From: Candidatus Avisuccinivibrio stercorigallinarum | Lineage (GTDB): Bacteria; Pseudomonadota; Gammaproteobacteria; Enterobacterales; Succinivibrionaceae | Length of the DNA stretch: 64,000 bases | Direction: 5' to 3' | NCBI GenBank assembly: GCA_017694225.1 | Contig: JADINH010000174.1 | Span: 8,807 to 72,806 of the forward strand | In this document: piece after piece, positions 18,971 through 27,801 of the stretch | Layout: every line of letters begins with the position of its first letter | How positions within the stretch are numbered: position 1 is the stretch's first letter | The notes under the pieces: model-generated | Databases searched by the model: none | What the model was told of the DNA's origin: nothing | The model's input: only the letters and a program-made list of their open reading frames with translations | Translations under genes and position numbers: made by a program

Positions 18971-20557
18971 ATGGACTTAATTCAGACCTGGAATGACGCC
19001 ATTCAAAGAGTGGCTGCTGCGACGCCTGACGAGCAGGATAAGCAGATCATGAACCTGTTTCCGACGCAGGTGTCTCTGACTATTGAGAACAACATGATCA
19101 TCTTCATGTGCAGTTCTGCTTTTATCTGCAGCCTTTTCAGCAAGTACACCAGTCAGTTCTATGCCGAAGTGTGCCACCTGCTGGGCAGACAGGATATGGG
19201 CTTTTCCGTGCAGATTGGCTCAGTGCAGTCTGCCCTGCCCAAGACCATGGCGCCGCAGCTGCAGCCTCAGGGTGCGGTGCAGCCGCAGCTGCAAGGCCAG
19301 CCGCTGCAGGGGGCTCCGGGCAGCCTGCAGCAGAACTACGGGGAGAATATGTACGGCACGCCGCGCGGTGAATATCAGGCGGCCACCCCGTCATTGATGG
19401 CCCGCCAGCCGCGCTATGACAATTATGCCCAGGGCCAGCAGGGCATGCAGGAGATGTATGAACAGCCGCAGGCTCCGGCCGTGCGTCTGCAGCGCCCCCG
19501 CTTTATGCGCAATGACGCCATCAATCCCAATAAGACCTTTGAAAATTACGTGACCGATCCGGACAACCGTCTGCTCTATGCCACTGCCGTTGCGGTGGCC
19601 ACCAATCCCGGAACCTCAAATTACAATCCATTTTATATTTACGGCGGCTCCGGTCTTGGCAAGACCCATCTGCTCTTTGCCATTGCCAACCGCATCCGCC
19701 AGAACCGCCCCGACTGTTCCATGGTCTACATCCGCGCTGAAGAATTTATCCGCCATTATGTGGAGTCCATGGCCAAGGGCCGTCAGACCTCATTTTCCGA
19801 TCAGTCCCTGCACTTTCAGGATCTCTATACCGAAAATGATGTCTTCATCGTGGACGATATTCAGAACTTTGCCAAGAGCCCCAAGACCCGCGACACCTTC
19901 TTTGAGATCATCGCCGAGTTCATCGACCGCCCCAACCGCCAGCTGATCCTGGCCTCGGATGTGGCTCCGGGCAACTTAAAGGATTTCTCCGCCCGCCTGA
20001 CCTCGCGGTTTGGCTCGGGCGTGTGCTGTGAGGTGTTCCCGCCGTCAGCTGAGACCCGCACCGCCATTGTGATCAACAAGTGCAAGGAAATCGGCCTGAC
20101 CCTGTCAGATGACATCGTCAACTATGTGGCCTCGCACATCCGCTCCAATGTGCGTGAAATTGAGGGCGCCTTAAAGACCCTCTTTACCCAGTATTCCATT
20201 CAGCACAGCCTGACCTACGATGAAGCCGTGCGCATTTTGTCAAATCTCGTTAACGCCTCCAATCAGGTGCTGTCCATGGACACCATCAAGGAGCGCGTGG
20301 CCCGTGAGTTTGAAATTCAGGTCTCCTCCATGGAAAGCGCTGAGCGCAAGAAGACCGTGTCGCTGGCCCGTTCCATGGCCATGGCCTTAATCCGCGAGCT
20401 GATCTCCACCGCCTCCTTAAAGGAGATCGGCAGGGCTTTCAACAAAGATCACAGCTCAGTGCATGAGGCCATTCAGCGCATTGAGAGCAAGATTAAGGAC
20501 GATCCTGAGCTCTCGGCGCGCTATCACCGCCTCAAGCTGTCACTGAAAAACGAGTAG
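18971..20557 (+). CDS. dnaA: Chromosomal replication initiator DnaA
   Basis: AAA+ motifs GGSGLGKTHLL and IVDDIQ; sensor/box VII region; C-terminal DNA-binding signature (FNKDHSSVHEAIQRIE). Domain II is an unusually long Q/P-rich linker. Confidence 0.95.
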   Translation: MDLIQTWNDAIQRVAAATPDEQDKQIMNLFPTQVSLTIENNMIIFMCSSAFICSLFSKYTSQFYAEVCHLLGRQDMGFSVQIGSVQSALPKTMAPQLQPQGAVQPQLQGQPLQGAPGSLQQNYGENMYGTPRGEYQAATPSLMARQPRYDNYAQGQQGMQEMYEQPQAPAVRLQRPRFMRNDAINPNKTFENYVTDPDNRLLYATAVAVATNPGTSNYNPFYIYGGSGLGKTHLLFAIANRIRQNRPDCSMVYIRAEEFIRHYVESMAKGRQTSFSDQSLHFQDLYTENDVFIVDDIQNFAKSPKTRDTFFEIIAEFIDRPNRQLILASDVAPGNLKDFSARLTSRFGSGVCCEVFPPSAETRTAIVINKCKEIGLTLSDDIVNYVASHIRSNVREIEGALKTLFTQYSIQHSLTYDEAVRILSNLVNASNQVLSMDTIKERVAREFEIQVSSMESAERKKTVSLARSMAMALIRELISTASLKEIGRAFNKDHSSVHEAIQRIESKIKDDPELSARYHRLKLSLKNE

Positions 20558-20685
20558 CAGCAGGGCCTGGGCAAAATTTCACTGAAGCCCGCGGCCTTCG
20601 TGGCATAATAGCTTTTGGGAAAATTAAAAATAAGGCAGTTGTTTAAGCAGAGCCTTAACCGGGCTCTATAAGGTAGGTGGCATCA

Positions 20686-21828
20686 ATGGAATTTTCTGCT
20701 CCTCTGGCATCGTTTTTAAAGCCGCTGGTCAACGTATGTGCGATCACCGGCGGACAGTCTTCTACTTCCACCACTGAGGATTTTGCTTCCAATGTGATGC
20801 TCACCGTCAAGGACGGTTATCTCACCATCCTTGGTACCAATTACAAGATTGAGCTGTCCTACACCGTGCCGGTGGCGGCCAATGTTGAAGGCCAGATGCT
20901 GGTCAACGCCGCCAAGCTGCGCGAGACTTTGTCCAAGATCCCGTCACAGCAGCTGGTCACCTTTATTTCCGATCGCAATGAGGAAGGCAATCTCACCATT
21001 GTCAGCGCCCAGACCCGTTTCCAGATCAGATGCCGGAACGGCCGTGACTTCCCGACCTTTGATCCCAATAACGAGGAAGTGGAGGAGGTGCTGTGCATCG
21101 CCCAGAATACTTTAAAGCGCATCCTGGAGAGCTCCATCTTCTGCGTCTCTGCCGAGGAGTTTCGTGAATATCTGCGCGGCGTGCGCTTTGAGGTGAAGGG
21201 AGATGATTTGACCTGCTTTACCTCAGACGGCCACCGCATGGCCATGATTGAAGCCAAGCTCGCTCAGCCCATCGAAGATGAATTTAAGGTTACGCTGCTG
21301 CGCAACTGCTCAGCCGAGCTCTTAAAGATCTTGGAATCCACAGATGAGACGATTGAGCTGTCTTTTTCGCGCAACAAGATCACCACCAATTGCAACGGCT
21401 TTAAGCTCACCTCAAAGCTGCTGATTTGCAATTACCCCAATGTGCGCGGCGTGCTGCCCAAGGAAATTGCATTGAGCATTGTGGTTGACCGTGCTCAGCT
21501 CAAAGAGGAGATCTCCAAGGTCGCCGTGCTCTCTTCAAAGCGCGTCAACGGCGTGACCCTGCTCTTTGAGCCTGAGATTTTGAGAATGCGTGCCGAAAAC
21601 AGCGAGCATGAGGTCGCCACCTCTGAGATGATGATTAATTACGACGGGCCTATTGTGGAGATCACCTTAAATGCCTCTTATCTGCAGGATGTGCTCGGTG
21701 CCATGAACTCACAGCAGGTGTCCTTCAACTTCAGCAAGCCTCTGGTTAATGCGCTGATTAAGCCTGAAGGCGAGCCTGAGAGCGAGAGCGTGCACACCCG
21801 CTACATCATCAGCCGCGTAGTGGTCTGA
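20686..21828 (+). CDS. dnaN: DNA polymerase III beta sliding clamp
   Basis: About 380 aa with a three-domain clamp pattern, between dnaA and recF. The ATG at 20686 is preceded by AAGGTAGG. Confidence 0.95.
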   Translation: MEFSAPLASFLKPLVNVCAITGGQSSTSTTEDFASNVMLTVKDGYLTILGTNYKIELSYTVPVAANVEGQMLVNAAKLRETLSKIPSQQLVTFISDRNEEGNLTIVSAQTRFQIRCRNGRDFPTFDPNNEEVEEVLCIAQNTLKRILESSIFCVSAEEFREYLRGVRFEVKGDDLTCFTSDGHRMAMIEAKLAQPIEDEFKVTLLRNCSAELLKILESTDETIELSFSRNKITTNCNGFKLTSKLLICNYPNVRGVLPKEIALSIVVDRAQLKEEISKVAVLSSKRVNGVTLLFEPEILRMRAENSEHEVATSEMMINYDGPIVEITLNASYLQDVLGAMNSQQVSFNFSKPLVNALIKPEGEPESESVHTRYIISRVVV

Positions 21829-21846
21829 TCCTCAGCAGCCGCAGCC

Positions 21847-22932
21847 ATGCTGATTGAAAGACTGCTTATAACCAATTTCCGCAATTTAAGCGCCCTGGAG
21901 TTAAAGCCCTGTGAGGGCTTTAACCTCATTACGGGCCCCAACGGCTCTGGCAAGACCTCTGTGCTTGAGGCCGTCTCTTATCTGGCGCAGGCGCGCTCCT
22001 TTCGCGGCAGCAGCTATCAGTACCTGATAAAGTCCGGCACCCCGCAGTTCTCGCTTTACGCAAGCGTCAGGCCGGATACTGAGCCGCAGATCCCGGTGGA
22101 CATCGGCATCAGCCGCGGCAGGCTCAATTCCTCCTATGTGATTAAGGTCAATGGGGCGGTGATCTCCAGGCTCTCAGATTTGGCCTCTTACACCTGTGTG
22201 CAGGTGATTCACCCGCAGGGCATTGAACTGATTACCGGTGGGCCTGAGGAGCGCCGGCATTTTATGGACTGGGGCGTGTTCTATACCGTGCCGCACTTTT
22301 CCCGGCTGTACTCTGATTACATGCGCGCCTTAAAGCAGCGCAATGGTTTAATCCGCCTCGACGCCCCGGACAGTGAGTTTGCAGTCTGGGATGCCCAGCT
22401 TGCCAAATTGTCTCTTGAGATAACTCAGTTAAGGCGCAAATATGTGGCCGATCTCAAGGCGGTTTTAGAGCCCATTGTGGCTGATTTTCTGCCGCAGTTT
22501 ACCTTCGATTTTAACCTCTCTGCAGGCTTCGATGAGGGGGCTGATCTCTCTGCCCAAATGGCCCAAAACCTTGAAAAAGAAAGGGTTTTAGGCTATACTT
22601 CCATAGGTTGTCACCGTGCTGATCTGAAGGTAAAAAGTAATTCAATTTCAGCTGGTGCCACCTTGTCACGGGGACAGTTAAAACTCCTGGTGTGTGCCAT
22701 GCGAATGTCACAGTCACTGCTGCTCAAACAGCAGACTGAACGAAGCTGCATTTTCTTGATTGATGATTTAAACGCAGAGCTCGATAAGCGTTCGCAGCAT
22801 CTACTGCTCACCCATTTAGCTCGCTGCCGCAATCAAGTCTTTATCACTAATATCACGCCGGAGCTGCAGCTCCCTGCAGACAGTAACAAGATTTGTATTG
22901 AATTAGAGGACGGCCGCATTGTGTCGTCCTGA
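21847..22932 (+). CDS. recF: DNA replication and repair protein RecF
   Basis: Walker A motif GPNGSGKTS, SMC-like signature LSRGQLKL and Walker B motif FLIDDL. Synteny is dnaN-recF-gyrB. Confidence 0.95.
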   Translation: MLIERLLITNFRNLSALELKPCEGFNLITGPNGSGKTSVLEAVSYLAQARSFRGSSYQYLIKSGTPQFSLYASVRPDTEPQIPVDIGISRGRLNSSYVIKVNGAVISRLSDLASYTCVQVIHPQGIELITGGPEERRHFMDWGVFYTVPHFSRLYSDYMRALKQRNGLIRLDAPDSEFAVWDAQLAKLSLEITQLRRKYVADLKAVLEPIVADFLPQFTFDFNLSAGFDEGADLSAQMAQNLEKERVLGYTSIGCHRADLKVKSNSISAGATLSRGQLKLLVCAMRMSQSLLLKQQTERSCIFLIDDLNAELDKRSQHLLLTHLARCRNQVFITNITPELQLPADSNKICIELEDGRIVSS

Positions 22933-22947
22933 TTTTTGAGGTTAACA

Positions 22948-25368
22948 ATGCCAGCATCAGACACTTACGGGACTTCCAGCATTAAGGTGCTGCATGGTCT
23001 TGAAGCAGTACGCAAGCGCCCGGGTATGTATATCGGCGACACAGATGACGGCTCAGGCCTGCACCACATGGTATTTGAGGCCGTGGACAACTCCATTGAC
23101 GAGGCCCTGGCTGGTTTCTGTACTGAAATCAGCGTCACCCTGTACGCAGACGGTTCTGTTGGCGTTAAGGACAACGGCCGCGGCATTCCGGTTGACATGC
23201 ACCCTGAGGAGAAGAAGAGCGCGGCTGAAGTGGTGATGACCGTGCTGCATGCAGGCGGCAAGTTTGATACCAATTCCTATACCGTGTCAGGCGGTCTGCA
23301 CGGCGTGGGCATCTCGGTGGTTAACGCTCTTTCTGACAAGCTGGTGCTGACCATCTGGCGTCAGGGCCATGTCTGGCAGCAGACTTACTTAAACGGCGGC
23401 CATCCGGTGGAGCCGCTTAAGATAATCGGCGATTCCGATCTTACCGGCACTGAGGTGCGCTTCCTGCCCTCCCCGGAGATCTTCTCAGTCACCACTTTTG
23501 ATTACAAGTATCTGGAAAAGCGCCTGCGTGAGCTCTCCTTCCTCAACTCCGGCCTGAAGATTACGCTCTCTGACGAGCGTGACGGCAACAGCCACACCTT
23601 CCATCACGAAGGCGGCATGCTGGAGTTCGTGAAGTTCTTAAACAAGGGCAAGAATGCGCTCAATCAGAAGATCTTCCACGCCTCCAAGGTTTGTGAAGGC
23701 CACATTCAGGTTGAAGTGGCCATGCAGTGGACTGATGCCTACAACGAGAGCATTTTCTGCTTTACCAATAACGTGCCCCAGAAAGACGGCGGCACGCACT
23801 TGGCAGGCTTCAGACGCGCGCTGACCTCCACCTTTACAAGCTTCATGGACAAGCAGGGCTATGCCAAGAAGTACAAGGTCACCACCTCTGGCGATGATGC
23901 CCGTGAAGGCCTTACTGCAGTCATTTCCGTGAAGATGCCGGATCCTAAATTCTCCTCCCAGACCAAGGACAAACTGGTCTCACAGGAGGCATCCACGGCA
24001 GTAAGCCAGGTGCTCTCTGAAAAGCTCAATGAGTTCCTGGAGGAAAACCCGTCAGATGCCGAGAGCATTTGCATGAAGATCATTCAGTCAGCGAGGGTGC
24101 GTGAATCCGTGCGCAAGGCCCGTGACCTGTCGCGCAAGAACGGCCGCCTTGATGTGAACTCACTGCCTGACAAGCTTGCCACCTGCCGCGAGAAGAACCC
24201 TGCTTTGTGCGAGCTCTTCATCGTCGAGGGTGATTCTGCAGGCGGCTCAGCCAAGGGCGGACGTGACAGCAAGTTCCAGGCCATCCTGCCGCTCCGGGGC
24301 AAGATCCTCAATGTTGAGAAGGCCCGCTTTGACCGCATGATTCAGTCACAGCAGGTGGGCACCTTAATTACAGCCCTGGGCTGCGGCATCGGCAAGGACG
24401 AGTACGATCCGGACAAGTTCCGTTACCACAAGGTCATCATCATGACTGATGCTGACGTGGACGGTGCGCACATCCGCATCCTGCTGCTCACCTTCTTCTA
24501 CCGCCAGATGCCAGAGATCATCGAGCGCGGTTATGTCTATATCGCACAGCCGCCGCTTTACCTCTATCAGAAGGGCAAGCAGAAGGTCTACGTGCAGAGC
24601 GACAAGGAAGCCCTGCAGTACCGCACCAACCTGGCTCTGGACAACGCTGCTGTGTACATCAACGAGCAGTCAGCCCCGATCCACGGTGAGCCGCTGGAGA
24701 AGCTCTTTAACGATTACAACAAGGTCATCTCAGCCATGACGCATCTGACCAAGAATCTGCCTGAGGATATCGTGGTCAGCCTGATGTACTATCCGCTCAT
24801 TGATGCCTCAGAGGCTCACGATGAGCACAAGGTCAGGGAGTGGGCTGAGGGCTTTGCCAAGATCCTGCCGGCCATGCCGACCGAGGGCGTGTCCTATTAT
24901 GCACGTACTAAGTTCGATGCTGTGGAGCAGAAGTACTATCCTGTGATCGTGCACCACATTCACGGCCTGGACTATCAGTATGAGCTCACACCGGCCTTCT
25001 TTGCCTCCAGCGATTACTCGCTGCTGCGCCACATGAATGAGAAGGTGGGCGATCTGCTTGGCAAGGGCTCCTTTGTGCGCTCCGGCAATAAGACCACTCC
25101 GGTAAGCAATTTCCATGAGGCCTACAATACCCTCATGAAGCAGGGCTTTGCCGGTGTGACCATTCAGCGCTACAAGGGCCTGGGCGAAATGTCAGCTGAG
25201 CAGCTCTCTGACACCACCATGAACCCTGACACCCGCACCTTGCTCAAGGTCAGCATTGCAGATGCCATTGAGGCCGATCGTCTGCTCTCCGATCTCATGG
25301 GTGAGGAAGTGGAAGTGCGCCGCACCTTTATTTCCGAGAACGCCGAGAAGGCCACACTCGATATCTAA
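22948..25368 (+). CDS. gyrB: DNA gyrase subunit B
   Basis: SSIKVLHGLEAVRKRPGMYIGD, GHKL ATPase motifs, Toprim EGDSAGG and the PLRGKILNVE motif. About 806 aa from the ATG at 22948. Confidence 0.97.
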   Translation: MPASDTYGTSSIKVLHGLEAVRKRPGMYIGDTDDGSGLHHMVFEAVDNSIDEALAGFCTEISVTLYADGSVGVKDNGRGIPVDMHPEEKKSAAEVVMTVLHAGGKFDTNSYTVSGGLHGVGISVVNALSDKLVLTIWRQGHVWQQTYLNGGHPVEPLKIIGDSDLTGTEVRFLPSPEIFSVTTFDYKYLEKRLRELSFLNSGLKITLSDERDGNSHTFHHEGGMLEFVKFLNKGKNALNQKIFHASKVCEGHIQVEVAMQWTDAYNESIFCFTNNVPQKDGGTHLAGFRRALTSTFTSFMDKQGYAKKYKVTTSGDDAREGLTAVISVKMPDPKFSSQTKDKLVSQEASTAVSQVLSEKLNEFLEENPSDAESICMKIIQSARVRESVRKARDLSRKNGRLDVNSLPDKLATCREKNPALCELFIVEGDSAGGSAKGGRDSKFQAILPLRGKILNVEKARFDRMIQSQQVGTLITALGCGIGKDEYDPDKFRYHKVIIMTDADVDGAHIRILLLTFFYRQMPEIIERGYVYIAQPPLYLYQKGKQKVYVQSDKEALQYRTNLALDNAAVYINEQSAPIHGEPLEKLFNDYNKVISAMTHLTKNLPEDIVVSLMYYPLIDASEAHDEHKVREWAEGFAKILPAMPTEGVSYYARTKFDAVEQKYYPVIVHHIHGLDYQYELTPAFFASSDYSLLRHMNEKVGDLLGKGSFVRSGNKTTPVSNFHEAYNTLMKQGFAGVTIQRYKGLGEMSAEQLSDTTMNPDTRTLLKVSIADAIEADRLLSDLMGEEVEVRRTFISENAEKATLDI

Positions 25369-25376
25369 TCTCACAC

Positions 25377-25405
25377 CCGCCGCCGTTCAGCTCTGCTGGC
25401 GGCGG
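25377..25405 (+). terminator. Hairpin after gyrB (terminator-like, no U-tract)
   Basis: CCGCCGCC-N13-GGCGGCGG starts 9 nt after the gyrB stop. It is not followed by a T run. Confidence 0.4.
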
Positions 25406-26452
25406 TATCCCGCCAAATTCAGAATCAGCTCCTCTCTTAACCAGCACACAGTATGCTGTATACTCGATAGGGAGCAGTCTGCCTGCAAATTTTTGCACTA
25501 CATCTTTTTCTGAAGGTTTAAGTAAAAGTTTCCACGCCTGCGCCCAGGCAGGGAGCAGTGTATGGCAGCGGTAGCAGCAGCGATGTCCTTACTGCAATTG
25601 GCACGACGTGCCCGCAAGCTCTGCGCAACTGGTCATCAATTGAATTGAAGGCACACGGCAGCAGATATTCAAGAGGCTGCTGCATTTTAATGTACGTTTT
25701 GTGTTGGTCTGTTGACTGGGCGAGGGCTTTTATTCCCATCATTAGACTGGCTGAGCTGCTTTAGCCGCTATTCAGAAAACCAGCTTGTGTTGAGCCCGGG
25801 GGCGATGTAACTTCGTAAAAGTATGCAGCTGTGCAAAGGCTGATTACTTAGGTAGGTCTGCTCTGCTTAAAAGTACGCGGCATCGTTGTCTGTAATACCG
25901 CCGATAGTAATTTCAATTTTGCTTTGTCAGATTTTTTCGTGCGCATCGGCACTGCTCTATTGACTGGCGCGCAGAGCGCAGATTTTTCAATCCACGATCA
26001 TTACGGCGTCATCCACGCGGTGCATCGATCTTCTGAAAGTTAAAATTTCAATACCACTCCACTCTTTGGATCAATCTCTCATTCGCAGAACAAGCCCAGG
26101 CTGAAAAACTGCACTACGATGTCGGTAATGCTGCAGTGAATTATCCATTTGCCGTTCCAATGTTCAATCATTTAATATGGCTGTCAGTTAATCCAATCTG
26201 AAGCCGCCAAGTCTGTAATGCAGGTCTGAACTTAAATCTTTAAAGCTGCTGAATTTCGTTTAGGCGAAAATTTACAAGTGCTCATATTTTCAGGATTAAG
26301 GAATCAATTTACGGAATCAGCAAATACTATCTGAACAATAACACATCTCAAGATTAACAAAATCTGCAGCCAATCCTTTGTCTGCAAAAGCAGCAGTGGG
26401 AAGTTCAACTCTCCTAATCATCTGGAAGTAAGAGACTGCTGGCTTGAGGTGC

Positions 26453-26480
26453 AGCATCATCTGTGATGCTTTTTATTTTT
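26453..26480 (+). terminator. Terminator-like hairpin plus T-tract inside the region with no credible ORF
   Basis: AGCATCA-tctg-TGATGCT followed by TTTTTATTTTT. No ORF lies upstream, so if it is functional it ends a non-coding transcript. Confidence 0.45.
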
Positions 26481-26661
26481 CAGTCTGATTTCCTTCATCA
26501 TCTGATCTAAGAATTTTCGATTCTTAGTTATGCTCTGATAGTGCATATTGCAAAGATTGATGACATTTGATTAAGACTTTTTCTTTTTCCTCATTTCCTA
26601 AAATCTAACAATCGGCTAAGAGCATATCAATGTTGTCATTATTCACTTTACCGGCGGATAT

Positions 26662-27727
26662 TGATCTACGTGGATCAATCTTGCCTGCATTTTTAATTTC
26701 TTTTTGGTTGGTTTAATTTGTCTGGAGATTTGAAGTTGTCGTCGTTCCTAGATGAGATGACCTTTTCTTATCTCGCATTTCTAAGTTACGAGGAGATTTT
26801 TAAAAACTTGATCTACGTGGATTATCTGAAAAAATCATCTATTGATTTTAGAAATGATGACGGATCTTTCAAAGATTTCTCCTCTATGATTTTTCATGAA
26901 TACGGATCTAAATCTTATAGAGAAACCATTGAAAAGTTGATTCTGATCTACGTGGATCAAAATAAAGTTAGGTCTATATTATAATGCTCACAATCTTCTG
27001 ATATCTCTGTTATATCGCTCTGAATTTACTCCATGGTTTGTATCTTATTTTATAAGTTTCAAACATTGTGATTGCGGTTGAGATGGTGAGTATGTAGCGG
27101 AAGTTGATCTACGTGGATCATTTGTGACAACGAGTTGTGAGTTGATTATCTATCTCTTAATTGATTCCCACTTTGGAACTGTCATCGATTGAGAAGGGAG
27201 ATATTTAGCATTCATTGATCCACGTGGATCATTCGATTTGTAGGATACATGCATCAAACTAACTAAATGTCATTTGTTATCAACTTAACTTAATTCAGTT
27301 CTGCTATGATCCACGTGGATCATGTGATGATGTAAAACAATTTAAGTATATTGCCTTGGCATCAAGGAGTTGATAATTTGGTGTATCTAAGGAAGACTTT
27401 CTGATACCTGGTTATCAAGTTCAAGTTGGCGATGTGCACTCATGACAAGTTCTAATGTTTCTTGGTCATTTGATCCACGTGGATCGGGACTTAGATGTAG
27501 AAGTTTAACATTGTGTGTATGCATGGATACTATTGATCTACGTGGATCATTGTGTTTTAAACTGCTGTTTACACTCAATAATTGATGCAAAACCGAGGCA
27601 TCTGCTTAGGTGGGATGATGCAATGGTATGTGTGTGCAGATGTAATAGATATCAGGCTTTATACCGGTATGCACAGTGGTCGATGACCTTGTGACATTAT
27701 TTGTGGTGTATTGATCCACGTGGATCA
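26662..27727. repeat. Array of nine dispersed copies of the 16-bp palindrome TGATC(C/T)ACGTGGATCA
   Basis: Copies start at 26662, 26809, 26944, 27105, 27216, 27307, 27471, 27534 and 27712. Four are the perfect palindrome TGATCCACGTGGATCA or end in G instead of A (27471). Five carry T at position 6, always on the plus strand. The copy at 26809 ends GGATTA. Spacings are 63-178 bp and the intervening sequence is unique. Confidence 0.9.
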
Positions 27728-27751
27728 CTTCGCCTTTGATGACAGCTGCAG

Positions 27752-27783
27752 GCAAAAAAGAGGGAGACCCGAGGGTCTCCCTT
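27752..27783 (-). terminator. Rho-independent terminator after glyS
   Basis: On the minus strand, a GGGAGACCC-tcg-GGTCTCCC hairpin is followed by TCTTTTTTG. Confidence 0.7.
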
Positions 27784-27801
27784 TGAGCTGACAGTATGCT
27801 A

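Noticed and set aside
26718-26984. 88-aa plus-strand ORF inside the palindrome array
   Set aside because: It reads straight through three palindrome copies; the repeated LIYVD peptides are simply TTGATCTACGTGGAT translated. It has no SD, lies in AT-rich low-complexity sequence and shows no family resemblance. It is most likely a chance ORF.
27387-27590. 67-aa minus-strand ORF inside the palindrome array
   Set aside because: Same problem as above. It spans two palindromes (the DPRRS and DPRGS peptides), has no translation signals and is not protein-like.
26662-27727. CRISPR array interpretation of the nine palindromes
   Set aside because: The repeats are only 16 bp. The intervening segments are 47-162 bp and highly irregular. 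The repeat is a perfect palindrome rather than a typical CRISPR repeat, and no cas genes or leader are present in the window.
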